From Clostridia bacterium (GTDB taxonomy: Bacteria > Bacillota > Clostridia > Monoglobales > Firm-18): 64,000 bases of DNA. Every line of letters begins with the position of its first letter. Positions within the stretch are counted from its first letter, which is position 1. A model generated the notes under the pieces. The model was not told the DNA's origin. It ran no database searches and saw nothing but the letters and a program-made list of their open reading frames with translations. The stretch is taken from contig JAZOOD010000027.1 in assembly GCA_045654805.1 (NCBI GenBank), forward strand, positions 1,719-65,718. Direction: 5' to 3'. Of this stretch, positions 25,644 to 38,871 are shown piece after piece. The position numbers and the translations under genes are program-made.

Positions 25644-28600
25644 AGTCAAAAAACTCCTCCATTTTAATTTTTTTATACTTGCGGTATTTATTATTCTTAA
25701 AGTCAACATCAAAATTGCATATATTACCGTATGGACAATAATCACATGCTGTTGAATTATTTCCATAAACAGGATTTATATTGATATTCCCGTCAATCAT
25801 CTTTTCAAAGGCATTTTTCATCTGATTATACGCAGCTTTGCAAAGTTTATTAATTTGGCTGAGTGTCACATTCTTTTTTGCAATAAATATTGACGGAATA
25901 TCAGCAGATTCGTTTATAACGCCATGCATTTTTAATTCTTTTTCTATTTCTCTGGCAATAGCTTCATCCGTCATATTTTTTTCACCTTTTATAACAGGAT
26001 CATCAATGTGATAATAAAGCATAGCAGCGGGTATTACTTTATTGCCTTTTTTTTCAAGATTTTCACATACAGCTTTTATGTATATAGGTAACTGAATCTG
26101 TATACCACATAAAATTTTTTCAAAGTTTATATCTTTAGCACTGGACTTATAATCAACAATACTTACAAAATCACCATTTTCTGTTTGTCTTATATCAGCA
26201 CGGTCTATTTTTCCGCGAAGTTTTACTACTGTGCCATCTGATAAGGTCAATGTTATTGGTTCAAATTCAGAATTTTCGTCAAAGGAAAGCTCATAACCCA
26301 AAGATACATAACCGCTTTGCCTGTAAAAAATGGTAATATTCCAAAGAACGGTATTCATAGCCAAAATTATTTTATTAAAAAGATAACTGAATCTTTCCGA
26401 TTCTGTATAAAATTCGCTTAAATATTCGCTAAGGACATTATTTGTTATTTCTGAAGCCTTTTCCTTGCATATTTCTTCAGTTATATTATGCCAACCGAAT
26501 TCTTCTGCAAACAAAGAAAATTTCTCAATTATTTCGTGCATGAATGTACCATAATCCCTTGCTTCTATCTTATATTCTTTTCTTTCATCAATATTAAGAC
26601 CGTATCTTACAAAATAGGCAAATTGACATTGGTTAAATTTTTCTACACGGGAAATACTCGACTTAATTTCATCACCATAAAGCTTTTTAGCATTTTGAAA
26701 TGAAAGTTTAGGTGGAAGATTAGTATAAACCCTTGCACTATTAATTATATCATAGAGCTCCGGACGGTTATTTTTGTACCATTCGGCAACATAAGACCAA
26801 AATCCATCATTATTATTTTTTAGAACTTTATTAAATGTAGGTATAACACCTTCAACCTCTTTAAGCTTATTTAAATTACAATAGATATTTTGAATTTCTT
26901 TTACCTCTGGAAAAATAGCTTTAATATTATTTATTATTGATGACGGGGACAAAGCTTTACCCTCATTATCCCCGTTTGGATAAGAGAGATAGAGTTTATC
27001 CGAAGCAGACGAAAAAACTCTGTATATAATATAATTTTCATCACTGTGTTTTTGCACAACATCTTCCTCTACACCCATTAAGTTCAATTCAAAATCTTTA
27101 AAAACTCCCTCGTTTATATATCCACAAGGCAATACACTCTCTGACACACCTACAGCAAAAACAACTTTTGCCTTTGATGCCTGAAAACGGTCAACAGTAG
27201 TAATAATCACATCATCAATACCTATTGGTAGTGTATCAATTTCAGTATTTGATAGTGCGGAATCCAAAATTTTATAAAATTTTTCAAATGTTATTGAAAC
27301 ATCACCGAAATATATATTCATTTGATTCACTGAATTTACAATATGATTATATACCGATATAGTTTCTTCTGCCAATTCATTATTTCCTTCGGTTTTTAAT
27401 TGTTTGACAATTTCCTTAACACGTTCACCAGCAGAAATATTATCAAGAAAAGCCGAATAAGCCTGTACAATTTCACACACGGATTTTCTGCCTTTGAATT
27501 TGTTGGTAAAAACTTTCAGGCATTCACGGACATAACAAATAGAATTACAAATTTTTTTGAATTCGTAATCCGTAAAAGTCCCTTTAAATGTAATCTCATT
27601 ATCCTGATTCCATATTTGTTCTCTGTTTCCAACCTCAAGAATATAGTTTTCCAGTAAAAATTTATCATCTTCATCCAAATTACATAAGCAACTTCGTACA
27701 AAACCAAAAACTGAATCAAACGAATACTTATTTATAACTATATCAAAAACAGAAATTAATGCAGCATAGAGAAAATTTGTATTAGAATGTTTAGGTTCTA
27801 TAATATTATAAAATATATCATACCTATCGAATATATCTCTGATAATCGGATAATATACATCGCTATTTCTGGTTATTACAGCAAAATCTCTATATCTATA
27901 ATTTTCCTCCCTTATCAATCTGCAAATTTCTTGAGCTATCTGGTCAACTTCATTATTGTAATTATCACTTCTACATACAACCAAACTGTTTGTCTTTAAA
28001 ACATATGTATTTTTTTTGTCTGCAAAAAAATTATTACGTAAAAAAGTTAATTCTACATTATTATCATAACATTTTTCAAGATACGTATTTGGCAATACCT
28101 CAATATTGTTTTCATACGCAATATCAAACAAAATACCCGCAGTCAATTTCGCCTTATAAAATAATTCAAATTTATTTTTATATTCAAGATTATCAGTTGG
28201 AAGAGTAAAAGTAACCATAGGAGAATTCTTAACTAAACTAGTTATAACCTGTAATTGCTGCTTTGAAAAAGAAACAAAATTATCAAAAAAAATGTATGTG
28301 TTTTTATATAATCCATATATATCAATTTTTTCTGCCAGAATTGTCATATTATCATCTGAATCTATATATGGTAAGTCAAAAAATTTTTCATATTCCGAAT
28401 ATATGAGTATTAAATCAAAAAGTTTATATTTTAAATTAGTATTGTTTGTATTTTCGGCAATATTTTTTAAAATCTCAACAGTTATACAGTTACTTTTTAA
28501 TTTCTTTATTAACTCAAGTATTACAGATGAAAACCCGACAACATCAGCACTTTTCGAAAAATATGTAAGCTTACCGCTGACCTTAATAATAGCTTTTTCA

Positions 28601-28881
28601 ATAATCATAAGCTTTACGTTATCATCAAGGAAATCACACATTACGGGACCAACAGTTGAAAACACACGTTTTGCAAGTCGTTCAAGACTTAAAACTTCTA
28701 CCCTGTCTAATGCCTTTTTAGAAAAATTTGCAGAAATAATCCTTTCAGCCTGTAGCGAATATTGTTCCGGAACAATATACAAAACATTTCCTGTTGAATT
28801 ATCTATAATATTATCTATTTCTTCAAGGCACTTTTGTGTTTTACCACTGCTCACAGCACCGTAAATTATCTTTAAAGACAT
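25621..28881 (-). CDS. addB: ATP-dependent helicase/deoxyribonuclease subunit B
   Basis: GAVSSGKT P-loop, a C-terminal PD-(D/E)xK nuclease and Fe-S cysteines (CDYCPYGNIC). Confidence 0.92.
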   Translation of the reverse strand: MSLKIIYGAVSSGKTQKCLEEIDNIIDNSTGNVLYIVPEQYSLQAERIISANFSKKALDRVEVLSLERLAKRVFSTVGPVMCDFLDDNVKLMIIEKAIIKVSGKLTYFSKSADVVGFSSVILELIKKLKSNCITVEILKNIAENTNNTNLKYKLFDLILIYSEYEKFFDLPYIDSDDNMTILAEKIDIYGLYKNTYIFFDNFVSFSKQQLQVITSLVKNSPMVTFTLPTDNLEYKNKFELFYKAKLTAGILFDIAYENNIEVLPNTYLEKCYDNNVELTFLRNNFFADKKNTYVLKTNSLVVCRSDNYNNEVDQIAQEICRLIREENYRYRDFAVITRNSDVYYPIIRDIFDRYDIFYNIIEPKHSNTNFLYAALISVFDIVINKYSFDSVFGFVRSCLCNLDEDDKFLLENYILEVGNREQIWNQDNEITFKGTFTDYEFKKICNSICYVRECLKVFTNKFKGRKSVCEIVQAYSAFLDNISAGERVKEIVKQLKTEGNNELAEETISVYNHIVNSVNQMNIYFGDVSITFEKFYKILDSALSNTEIDTLPIGIDDVIITTVDRFQASKAKVVFAVGVSESVLPCGYINEGVFKDFELNLMGVEEDVVQKHSDENYIIYRVFSSASDKLYLSYPNGDNEGKALSPSSIINNIKAIFPEVKEIQNIYCNLNKLKEVEGVIPTFNKVLKNNNDGFWSYVAEWYKNNRPELYDIINSARVYTNLPPKLSFQNAKKLYGDEIKSSISRVEKFNQCQFAYFVRYGLNIDERKEYKIEARDYGTFMHEIIEKFSLFAEEFGWHNITEEICKEKASEITNNVLSEYLSEFYTESERFSYLFNKIILAMNTVLWNITIFYRQSGYVSLGYELSFDENSEFEPITLTLSDGTVVKLRGKIDRADIRQTENGDFVSIVDYKSSAKDINFEKILCGIQIQLPIYIKAVCENLEKKGNKVIPAAMLYYHIDDPVIKGEKNMTDEAIAREIEKELKMHGVINESADIPSIFIAKKNVTLSQINKLCKAAYNQMKNAFEKMIDGNININPVYGNNSTACDYCPYGNICNFDVDFKNNKYRKYKKIKMEEFFDYVDEMDN

Positions 28882-28937
28882 ACTTTATCCTCCATATGTA
28901 CAAACAGGGAAAAGCAACTTTGCCTTTCCCAATCAAA

Positions 28938-29207
28938 TTATAAATCTTCTGATTTTTTTGCTTCCTCAAATTTGCTGATAATTTCTATATGAAGTTTTTC
29001 ACGCATTTCAGCATTAATTGGATGAGCAATATCACGATATTCTCCCTCCGGAGTCTTGCGACTGGGCATTGCAATAAAAAGCTTGTCAGCACCTTCTATA
29101 ATTTTTATATCGTGTACAACAAATACGTCATCAAAGGTTACTGAAACAACTGCTTTCATTCTGCCTTCAGTATTGATTTTTCTAATTTTAATATCCGTAA
29201 TATCCAT
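28938..29207 (-). CDS. spoVG: septation/sporulation regulator SpoVG
   Basis: [11 protein letters not shown]...[22 protein letters not shown]. Confidence 0.95.
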   Translation of the reverse strand: MDITDIKIRKINTEGRMKAVVSVTFDDVFVVHDIKIIEGADKLFIAMPSRKTPEGEYRDIAHPINAEMREKLHIEIISKFEEAKKSEDL

Positions 29208-29375
29208 AAAAAAATACCTTTAACTCCTTTTAATTTTATTGTTATATATATTTTACAACATTTTTTTAAAAAAATCCATAAATATTTTGACTTTTTTACT
29301 GAAAATGTTATATAATAAGTTATAGAAAATTTTTCTAGTAAAATATTTCATACAAAAATCAAGGAGATGTTAATT

Positions 29376-30734
29376 TTGAAAAAGCTTAATGCAAACAGCC
29401 ACGTGCATTTCATTGGTATTGGCGGCATTAGCATGAGTGCTCTCGCCCATATATTAATTTCAAAAGGTCTTAAAGTTACAGGCTCGGATTGGACTGAGAC
29501 AAATATTACTAAAACACTTCAAAAAAGCGGTGCGGAAATATTTATCGGTCAAAACCGTGCTGAGAACATAAAAAATCCCGACCTTGTTGTTTATACTGCT
29601 GCAGTAGCAAATGATAATCCGGAACTATGTGAAGCTAAAAATAAGGGTATTGAAACAATAGAACGTGCGGATTTTTTAGGAGAATTAATGAAAGACTTCA
29701 ATTTTCCCATATCAATAAGCGGTACGCATGGTAAAACAACTACTACTTCTATGCTTTCCTGCGTTTTACTTGAGGCTGATGAAGACCCCACAATACTTGT
29801 AGGTGGCGAACTTAATGCCATAGGAGGAAATTATTATATAGGCAAAGACAAATACCTTATTTTTGAGGGTTGCGAATATGTGGACAGTTTCCTTAAATTC
29901 AACCCATATGCGGCATTGATTTTGAATATTGAAGCTGACCACCTTGACTATTTTAGGGATATCGAACACATTAAAGATTCATTCAATAAGTTTATGCTTA
30001 AAATACCCGAAAATGGTTTTGTAGTTGTAAATGCAGATGATAAAAATGTATTAGATAGCATTAAAAACGTTAAGTGTGAAATAATAACATATGGTGAAAA
30101 AGGTTCGTATTCTTTTAAAAATATATCATTTGATGAAAACGGATATGGAATATTCGATATATACAAAGATGATGAAAAGCTTGCTAACCTTCACCTAAAC
30201 GTTGGTGGAAAGCACAATATATCTAATGCAACTGCCGTATTTGCAGCATCGCACAAATTAGGTGTTGATATTAAATGTATTGTTAAAGGTATCAAAAGTT
30301 TTAACGGGACCAAAAGACGCTTTGAATACAAAGGAATTATTAACGGTGCAAAAGTTTATGATGACTACGCTCATCACCCCACAGAAATAGCTGCAACCTA
30401 CAGCACAGCCTCTAAAATGAAGCATAATAAAACCTGGGTTGTTTTCCAGCCTCATACTTATTCCAGAACAAAGGCTTTGTTAGATGACTTTGTAACTGCT
30501 TTATCAAATTTTGATAACGTAATTATTACGGATATATATGCCGCAAGAGAAAAAAACAATGTAGGAATTACTGCCGAGGCAATTTCCGATAAAATAAAAA
30601 ATGCACGATATATTTCGGATTTTTCCGAAATATCCGAGCATTTAAAGGATAATGTAAAACCAGATGATATCGTAATAACAATGGGTGCAGGAACAATAAC
30701 AAATTTATCGAAGTTCCTTTTTGATATCAACTAA
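29376..30734 (+). CDS. murC: UDP-N-acetylmuramate--L-alanine ligase
   Basis: HFIGIGGISMSALA and GTHGKTTTT. TTG start lies 9 nt after the AAGGAG SD. The ATG at 29367 directly abuts the SD. Confidence 0.92.
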   Translation: MKKLNANSHVHFIGIGGISMSALAHILISKGLKVTGSDWTETNITKTLQKSGAEIFIGQNRAENIKNPDLVVYTAAVANDNPELCEAKNKGIETIERADFLGELMKDFNFPISISGTHGKTTTTSMLSCVLLEADEDPTILVGGELNAIGGNYYIGKDKYLIFEGCEYVDSFLKFNPYAALILNIEADHLDYFRDIEHIKDSFNKFMLKIPENGFVVVNADDKNVLDSIKNVKCEIITYGEKGSYSFKNISFDENGYGIFDIYKDDEKLANLHLNVGGKHNISNATAVFAASHKLGVDIKCIVKGIKSFNGTKRRFEYKGIINGAKVYDDYAHHPTEIAATYSTASKMKHNKTWVVFQPHTYSRTKALLDDFVTALSNFDNVIITDIYAAREKNNVGITAEAISDKIKNARYISDFSEISEHLKDNVKPDDIVITMGAGTITNLSKFLFDIN

Positions 30735-31547
30735 AAATTCATATGGTACACAGAGGTTTCCTCTGCCTATACCAAGATAAACACCAGGTCGGCGGGCACC
30801 ATGAAAATCGGTACCGCCGCTTTTTATTAAATTATATTTTTCACTTATGCTATGAGCAAGTACTTCCACATACTTGTCATATCCCGAATAAAAAACTTCT
30901 ATTCCCTTTAATCCATACCCAATAAGTCTTTTAACAGTTTCTTCAGTATCAGAATCGTTTTGTTTCAAGTAATTAATGTGTGCTAAAACAGGTATACCTC
31001 CGCATTGTAAAATTGCTGCAATACCATCTTCTTCGCTTAGCTGTTTCATAGGAACATATGTTTTTGTTCCGGGAATAAGATATTTTTTAAAAGCCTTCCT
31101 ATAATCGTTCACCATACCCATTTTTTGCATATAATACGCAATATGTAATCTGCCAATATTATTTGTATTAGTTGATTTTTCAATAGCTTCATAGGATATA
31201 TCAAATCCCTCTTTACGTACATTTGCAATCATTTCCTCGTTGCGAGACCTTCTGTAACTGTTTAAGGTATCCATAACCTTTAAAAAGTTATGGTCATTAT
31301 AATCAATAAACAAACCAATTATGTGTATATCTTCAGTGTCTCCAACACTAATTTCAACACCTGGAACAAGTTCCAAATTTACTTCTTTAGCCTTATTTAC
31401 AGCTTCTTCTACACCGCTTATTGTATCATGGTCTGTAACAGCTATAGCAGCAAGCCCGGCTTTTTTTGCCAACAAAACAACTTCCGAGGGAGTGAAAGTA
31501 CCATCTGATGCAGTTGTATGCACATGAAGGTCAATCATTCGGGTCAT
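30705..31547 (-). CDS. PHP-domain phosphoesterase
   Basis: IDLHVHTTASDG and further His/Asp motifs. Confidence 0.8.
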   Translation of the reverse strand: MTRMIDLHVHTTASDGTFTPSEVVLLAKKAGLAAIAVTDHDTISGVEEAVNKAKEVNLELVPGVEISVGDTEDIHIIGLFIDYNDHNFLKVMDTLNSYRRSRNEEMIANVRKEGFDISYEAIEKSTNTNNIGRLHIAYYMQKMGMVNDYRKAFKKYLIPGTKTYVPMKQLSEEDGIAAILQCGGIPVLAHINYLKQNDSDTEETVKRLIGYGLKGIEVFYSGYDKYVEVLAHSISEKYNLIKSGGTDFHGARRPGVYLGIGRGNLCVPYEFLVDIKKELR

Positions 31548-31550
31548 ACT

Positions 31551-32006
31551 TTATTTCTCCTTCAATATTTTCTTAAGTTCATCCATAAACGTATTTACAT
31601 CTCTGAATTGTCTGTAAACTGATGCAAAACGAACATAAGCGACCTCATCAATATTTTTAAGTTCATTCATTACCATTTCACCAATTTCAACAGAAGAAAT
31701 TTCACGCTTCAGGGCATTTTGAATACTTGTTTCAATATTATCTACAACAGTTTCAAGCTGTCCAATTGTAACAGGGCGTTTTTCACATGCTCGCAAAAGC
31801 CCTGTTAATAATTTTTGCCTGTCAAACTGTTGTCTGGTTTTATCTTTTTTCACAACAACAAGTGGAATATTTTCCACTTTTTCATATGTAGTAAATCTCT
31901 TTCCACATTCAAGACATTCTCTTCTTCTTCTGATTGAACTGCCATCATCAGCCGACCTGGAATCAATAACTTTACTTTCGATATGTCCGCAAAATACACA
32001 ACGCAC
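31551..32006 (-). CDS. nrdR: transcriptional repressor NrdR
   Basis: Zinc ribbon (CVFCGH...[10 protein letters not shown]) plus an ATP-cone. GTG start. Confidence 0.92.
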   Translation of the reverse strand: MRCVFCGHIESKVIDSRSADDGSSIRRRRECLECGKRFTTYEKVENIPLVVVKKDKTRQQFDRQKLLTGLLRACEKRPVTIGQLETVVDNIETSIQNALKREISSVEIGEMVMNELKNIDEVAYVRFASVYRQFRDVNTFMDELKKILKEK

Positions 32007-32100
32007 AAATATCACCATCCGTTTTAATTTTTGAAAACAGATACATAATTTACTGTAGTCTTTGTATCTTTTTTTACATTATATCACAAATTTTCAAAAA

Positions 32101-32337
32101 TTACAAACAAAAATCCACAAAAATTATATCGTCTCCTATTTTTTTAATATCATCCCAGGGGATAACGTACTCATCACGGCGTGAAAAAATACCCCAAAAT
32201 CCTGATTTATATGGAACAATTAATGCTTCAACCCTTCCTGTTTTAATATCAAACTCAACATCACAAACATATCCCATACGGCTTCCGTCGCTAACATTTA
32301 TTATTTCCTTGTTTCTAAGTTCTACAAATCTGCACAT
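32101..32337 (-). CDS. YlmC/YmxH family sporulation protein (PRC barrel)
   Basis: MCRFVELRNKEIINVSDGSRMGYVCDVEFD. Confidence 0.85.
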   Translation of the reverse strand: MCRFVELRNKEIINVSDGSRMGYVCDVEFDIKTGRVEALIVPYKSGFWGIFSRRDEYVIPWDDIKKIGDDIIFVDFCL

Positions 32338-32432
32338 TAAATTCACCCCATATAATCATATGTTATATTACAAATGATAAATGCACGAAAAAAAAGTATT
32401 TTTCTTAATATATATGTTAAGGAGGTGTTTTT

Positions 32433-33098
32433 GTGAAAAACCTGTATAACAAACATAAATTTCATATGATATATTCTTTAAAACTCAGATGTCAAAAGGT
32501 GATAATAATTATTTTACTTATGATATTTAACACAAGCTTCTGGATTACATTTAAAAGTGTTGAAAAAAATTTCAAACCTTCAGTCACCTCACTTGCAACT
32601 TCATATTCGAATACTTATACTACTTCTATAATTAATCAGTCAGTAAAGGAAACAACCGACCAAAAAATCAGCTACTCAGACTTATGTGAAATTAATAAAA
32701 ACGAAAAGGGTGAAATTATTTCTGTTACAACAAATACAAGTGCAATTAACAGTATTAAATTAAAACTATCTGATAAAATAATTGAAAATTTACAAAAAAA
32801 AAATTCACAAAACCTTGGTATCCCCATAGGGAATCTGACTAAAACATTCATTTTTTCAGGAAGGGGACCAAAAATTCCTATTAAAATATTGACTGCATCT
32901 TCTCCAAAAATTAGCGTAGAAAGTAAATTTGAATCAGCAGGCATAAATCAGACAAAACACAAAATTTCTCTTGTAACAACAGTAAAAATAGAAATTATTC
33001 TCCCATACGAAACACTGATAACTTCAGTCACATCCGAATCATTAATTTGCGATACAATAATTATTGGTAAAGTTCCGAATGTTTATGTTTCTAAATAG
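32433..33098 (+). CDS. yunB: sporulation protein YunB
   Basis: N-terminal TM and a YunB-like core (IPIGNLT...FSGRGPKIPIKI). Confidence 0.75.
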   Translation: MKNLYNKHKFHMIYSLKLRCQKVIIIILLMIFNTSFWITFKSVEKNFKPSVTSLATSYSNTYTTSIINQSVKETTDQKISYSDLCEINKNEKGEIISVTTNTSAINSIKLKLSDKIIENLQKKNSQNLGIPIGNLTKTFIFSGRGPKIPIKILTASSPKISVESKFESAGINQTKHKISLVTTVKIEIILPYETLITSVTSESLICDTIIIGKVPNVYVSK

Positions 33099-33104
33099 TT
33101 GTAA

Positions 33105-35129
<2,025 letters not shown>

Positions 35130-35195
35130 TTGAATTTTTATTTAAAATAGTGTATAATTATTGTTTGGTAAATATTCCAAGGAAGGATGATATAA

Positions 35196-35483
35196 ATGAA
35201 AATCACAACAGATGAAGTAAAATATGTTGCAAACCTTGCAAAACTTTATGTTGATGAATGTGAAGCTGAAAAACTCACAAGCGAAATGAAAAGTATAATC
35301 AATTTTGCAGATATGCTTTCAGAAATTGATACTCAGAGTATTGCACCTACAAACCATGCTATGAAGGTACAAAATGTTTTCAGAGAAGATATTATTAAAC
35401 CATCATACGATAGAGATGATATTTTGAAAAACGCTCCGTCTCAGGAAGGCGGATGCTATCTTGTACCAAAGGTTGTTGAATAG
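35196..35483 (+). CDS. gatC: Asp/Glu-tRNA amidotransferase subunit C
   Basis: 95 aa in the gatC position, with matching sequence. Confidence 0.9.
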   Translation: MKITTDEVKYVANLAKLYVDECEAEKLTSEMKSIINFADMLSEIDTQSIAPTNHAMKVQNVFREDIIKPSYDRDDILKNAPSQEGGCYLVPKVVE

Positions 35484-35495
35484 GAGGTTAGTAAA

Positions 35496-36956
35496 GTGAA
35501 TTTGTATGAATTAACTGCCCACGAGCTTTCGGACAAGCTTAAGGCTAAAGAAATATCCAGTACAGAAATAACAAAATCTGTCATTGAACGTATAGAAAAT
35601 GTTGAAAACAAGGTTGAATGTTATATCACAACAACATATGACCTGGCTTTGGAAACATCTAAAAATGTTGATGAAAAAATAGCAAGAGGTGAAGAAATTG
35701 CCCCGTTGGAAGGTATTCCTATGGCTATTAAAGACAATATTTGTACCGAAGGCATAAAAACAACCTGTGCATCAAAAATGTTAGAAAACTTTGTTCCTCC
35801 TTATGATGCATATGTTGCAAAAAAATTAAAAGAAATCAATGCCCCTATACTTGGTAAACTTAATATGGATGAATTTGCAATGGGTTCTTCTACTGAAAAC
35901 TCATACTTTAAAAAGACAAAAAATCCATATAATCTTCACAAAGTTCCAGGAGGATCATCAGGTGGTTCAGCTGCTTCAGTTAGTGCTGATACTGCGGTTT
36001 ACACACTTGGTTCAGACACAGGTGGTTCCATCCGTCAGCCTGCATCATTCTGCGGTGTTGTTGGTTTAAAGCCTACTTATGGTCTCGTATCAAGATTTGG
36101 CCTTGTGGCATTCGCATCATCACTTGACCAGATTGGTCCTCTTACTAAAGATGTTACAGATTCTGCAATGGTACTTAACCTGATTGCTGGCCATGATAAT
36201 ATGGATACTACTTCTATTAACCTCCCAAAGGAAGATTATACAAAAGCGTTGGTTAATGATGTTAAGGGGATGAAAATAGGTATTCCTAACGACTACGTTG
36301 GTGAAGGCATAAACGAGGACGTAAAAAATGCAATTTTAAAAGCTGTTGAAACTTATAAATCATTGGGTGCGGAAGTGGAATTTTTTGATATGAAAGCATC
36401 AAAATATGCACTACCTGCTTATTATATAATTTCTTCTGCTGAAGCCAGTTCCAATCTTGCAAGATATGATGGAATTAAATATGGTTACAGAACTGATAGC
36501 TTCGAAAACCTCGATGACCTTTATAAGAAGACACGTAGCGAAGGTTTTGGTAAAGAAGTTAAACGCAGAATTATGCTTGGTACTTATGCCCTGAGTTCCG
36601 GCTATTACGATGCATATTATAAAAAGGCCCAACAGGTAAGAACAGTTATCAAAAATGATTTTGATGCTGCATTTGAAAAATACGACTTCATACTTACTCC
36701 TACCGCCCCTACTACTGCATTTAATATCGGTTCAAAAACAACTGACCCATTGCAAATGTATCTTGAAGATATTTGCACAGTATCAATAAATATTGCAAGT
36801 GTACCTGCAATTTCAATACCTTGCGGATTTGACAAAGATAATATGCCAATTGGTATGCAGCTTATAGGTAAAGCTTTCAGTGAATCCACACTACTAAGAG
36901 CAGCATATACTTTTGAACAAAATGCAGATTTGCTAAAAATCCGTCCACAGTTGTAA
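35496..36956 (+). CDS. gatA: Asp/Glu-tRNA amidotransferase subunit A
   Basis: Amidase signature GGSSGGSAA. Confidence 0.95.
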   Translation: MNLYELTAHELSDKLKAKEISSTEITKSVIERIENVENKVECYITTTYDLALETSKNVDEKIARGEEIAPLEGIPMAIKDNICTEGIKTTCASKMLENFVPPYDAYVAKKLKEINAPILGKLNMDEFAMGSSTENSYFKKTKNPYNLHKVPGGSSGGSAASVSADTAVYTLGSDTGGSIRQPASFCGVVGLKPTYGLVSRFGLVAFASSLDQIGPLTKDVTDSAMVLNLIAGHDNMDTTSINLPKEDYTKALVNDVKGMKIGIPNDYVGEGINEDVKNAILKAVETYKSLGAEVEFFDMKASKYALPAYYIISSAEASSNLARYDGIKYGYRTDSFENLDDLYKKTRSEGFGKEVKRRIMLGTYALSSGYYDAYYKKAQQVRTVIKNDFDAAFEKYDFILTPTAPTTAFNIGSKTTDPLQMYLEDICTVSINIASVPAISIPCGFDKDNMPIGMQLIGKAFSESTLLRAAYTFEQNADLLKIRPQL

Positions 36957-36972
36957 AAAGAGGTGAAAAATT

Positions 36973-38406
36973 ATGAATTTCGAAACAGTAATTGGTCTGG
37001 AAGTTCATGCAGAACTTGCAACAGACACTAAAATATATTGTAGTTGTGCAAATGAATTTGGCGGTGATACAAATACTCATTGTTGCCCTATTTGTACAGG
37101 TATGCCGGGGACTTTACCAGTACTTAATAAAAAGGTTGTTGACTATGCTATAAAAGCAGGACTTGCGACAAATTGTCAAATTACAAAAGAAGGCAAGCAG
37201 GACAGAAAAAATTATTTTTATCCCGACCTCCCAAAAGCTTATCAGACATCACAATTTGACCTTCCTTTATGCACAGGCGGTTACGTTGATATTATGATTG
37301 ATGGTAACAAAAAAAGAATTGGAATAACACGAATTCATATTGAGGAAGACGCAGGAAAGTTATTCCACGAAGCTATTGGCGGAAACACATTAGTAGACTT
37401 TAACAGATGCGGTGTGCCATTGATTGAAATAGTGTCCGAACCAGATATGAGAAGTGCCGATGAAGCCAAAGAATATTTGGAAAACCTAAAAGCAATTTTG
37501 GAATACACAGGAGTTTCTGACTGTAAAATGCAAGAAGGTTCATTACGTTGTGATATTAACGTTTCCGTTCGTCCTGAAGGTCAGTCAGAATTTGGCACAA
37601 GAACGGAAATGAAAAACGTAAGTTCCTTCAGCGCTGCAGTACGTGCTATTGAATATGAAGCTAAAAGACAGATTGAAGAAATTACAGCAGGTAATAAAAT
37701 TATCCAGGAAACAAGACGTTGGGACGACGTTAAAGGTGTTTCTATTGCAATGCGTAGTAAGGAAGAAGCTCAAGATTACAGATACTTCCCGGAACCTGAC
37801 CTTGTTCCTATTATTGTAGATGATGAATGGATTGAAAAAATCCGCATATCCATCCCTGAATTGCCTGCACAGCGTAAGGAAAGATATGTTAAAGAATGTG
37901 GTTTAACAGAATATGATGCAGGGCAGATTACACTGAGTATTCACCTTGCTGACTATCTTGATGAATGTATTAAATACGGAGCTAAAGGAAAACTTGCAAG
38001 CAACTGGATTTTAAGTGATATTTCAAGACTTCTTAACGAAAACAATATGGAACCGTCACAAATTCCAATTCCTGCAGAATATCTTGCGAAAATGATTTCA
38101 ATAATCGAAAAGGGAACAATCAGCAATAATCAAGGAAAAAAAGTTATTGAAGAACTCTTCACTAACCCACGTGACCCTGAAATTATTATCAAGGAAAAAG
38201 GTCTTGTACAAATCAGTGACGAAAGCGCATTATTAAAGATTGTTGTTGAAATAATAGATAACAATCCACAATCTGTTGCAGACTACAAGGGCGGTAAAGA
38301 CCGTGCTATCGGCTTCCTTGTAGGACAGACTATGAGAGCAACAAAAGGACAAGGTAATCCACAAATATTAAACAAATTAATCAAAGAAGAACTTGACAGA
38401 AGATAA
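36973..38406 (+). CDS. gatB: Asp/Glu-tRNA amidotransferase subunit B
   Basis: MNFETVIGLEVHAEL, full length. Confidence 0.95.
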   Translation: MNFETVIGLEVHAELATDTKIYCSCANEFGGDTNTHCCPICTGMPGTLPVLNKKVVDYAIKAGLATNCQITKEGKQDRKNYFYPDLPKAYQTSQFDLPLCTGGYVDIMIDGNKKRIGITRIHIEEDAGKLFHEAIGGNTLVDFNRCGVPLIEIVSEPDMRSADEAKEYLENLKAILEYTGVSDCKMQEGSLRCDINVSVRPEGQSEFGTRTEMKNVSSFSAAVRAIEYEAKRQIEEITAGNKIIQETRRWDDVKGVSIAMRSKEEAQDYRYFPEPDLVPIIVDDEWIEKIRISIPELPAQRKERYVKECGLTEYDAGQITLSIHLADYLDECIKYGAKGKLASNWILSDISRLLNENNMEPSQIPIPAEYLAKMISIIEKGTISNNQGKKVIEELFTNPRDPEIIIKEKGLVQISDESALLKIVVEIIDNNPQSVADYKGGKDRAIGFLVGQTMRATKGQGNPQILNKLIKEELDRR

Positions 38407-38443
38407 ACACAAAGCCAATATCAAAATGATATTGGCTTTGTGT
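38407..38443. terminator. bidirectional terminator between gatB and the 56-aa ORF
   Basis: ACACAAAGCCAATATC/GATATTGGCTTTGTGT hairpin. Confidence 0.65.
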
Positions 38444-38613
38444 TATTCCATTCCCAAGAAATTATCTACATAATTTCTTAAATCATTTTCCGAACAAATT
38501 TGAGGTTGAGAATCATTTAACATTTCCTGAACATCATACGAAAGTGACGAATAATATTTATATGCATTCGGACATTTTTCAAGTAATTCATTCATATTTT
38601 TATAATGATGCAT
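38443..38613 (-). CDS. hypothetical 56-aa protein (not in the ORF track)
   Basis: GGAGGTG SD 6 nt before the ATG. Translation is MHHYKNMNELLEKCPNAYKYYSSLSYDVQEMLNDSQPQICSENDLRNYVDNFLGME. The stop codon abuts the terminator. Confidence 0.55.
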   Translation of the reverse strand: MHHYKNMNELLEKCPNAYKYYSSLSYDVQEMLNDSQPQICSENDLRNYVDNFLGME

Positions 38614-38653
38614 GAATTCACCTCCGTTTATATTTTAAAAAATAATTTTAATG

Positions 38654-38683
38654 AAAAAAGGTACGAATTTTTCGTACCTTTTT
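38654..38683 (-). terminator. terminator after the 44-aa gene
   Basis: AAAGGTACGAA/TTCGTACCTTT stem followed by a T-run on the minus strand. Confidence 0.65.
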
Positions 38684-38696
38684 GTTACAGAAACTA

Positions 38697-38831
38697 TTAG
38701 AAATTTCTATTGTCTCTCTTCTGTTCATTTTTATTCTGTTCATTTCTGTTCTGGTTATTGTTTTGCTTGTTCTGTTCGTTTCTGTTCTGGTTGTTGTTCT
38801 GATTGTTGTTTTGTCTGTTTTCGTTATTCAT
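38697..38831 (-). CDS. 44-aa Asn/Gln-rich tandem-repeat protein (not in the ORF track)
   Basis: AAAGGAAGAG SD. Translation is MNNENRQNNNQNNNQNRNEQNKQNNNQNRNEQNKNEQKRDNRNF. Double stop codon, then a terminator. Confidence 0.6.
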   Translation of the reverse strand: MNNENRQNNNQNNNQNRNEQNKQNNNQNRNEQNKNEQKRDNRNF

Positions 38832-38871
38832 GTGTAATCACTCTTCCTTTTTTTAATTTATCTTACACATA

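Noticed and set aside
28292-28864. 190-aa plus-strand ORF, and similar long antisense ORFs (14106-14534, 61297-61731, 61958-62392, 18727-19083, 9156-9464).
   Set aside because: All lie fully inside well-supported genes on the opposite strand (addB, DUF4330, hup, tepA, pheT, prs). They have low-complexity composition typical of antisense frames in AT-rich DNA.
38736-38807. 36-nt tandem direct repeat that might suggest a mini CRISPR or satellite array.
   Set aside because: There are only two adjacent copies with no spacers. The repeat is in frame within a small CDS, so it is a coding duplication.
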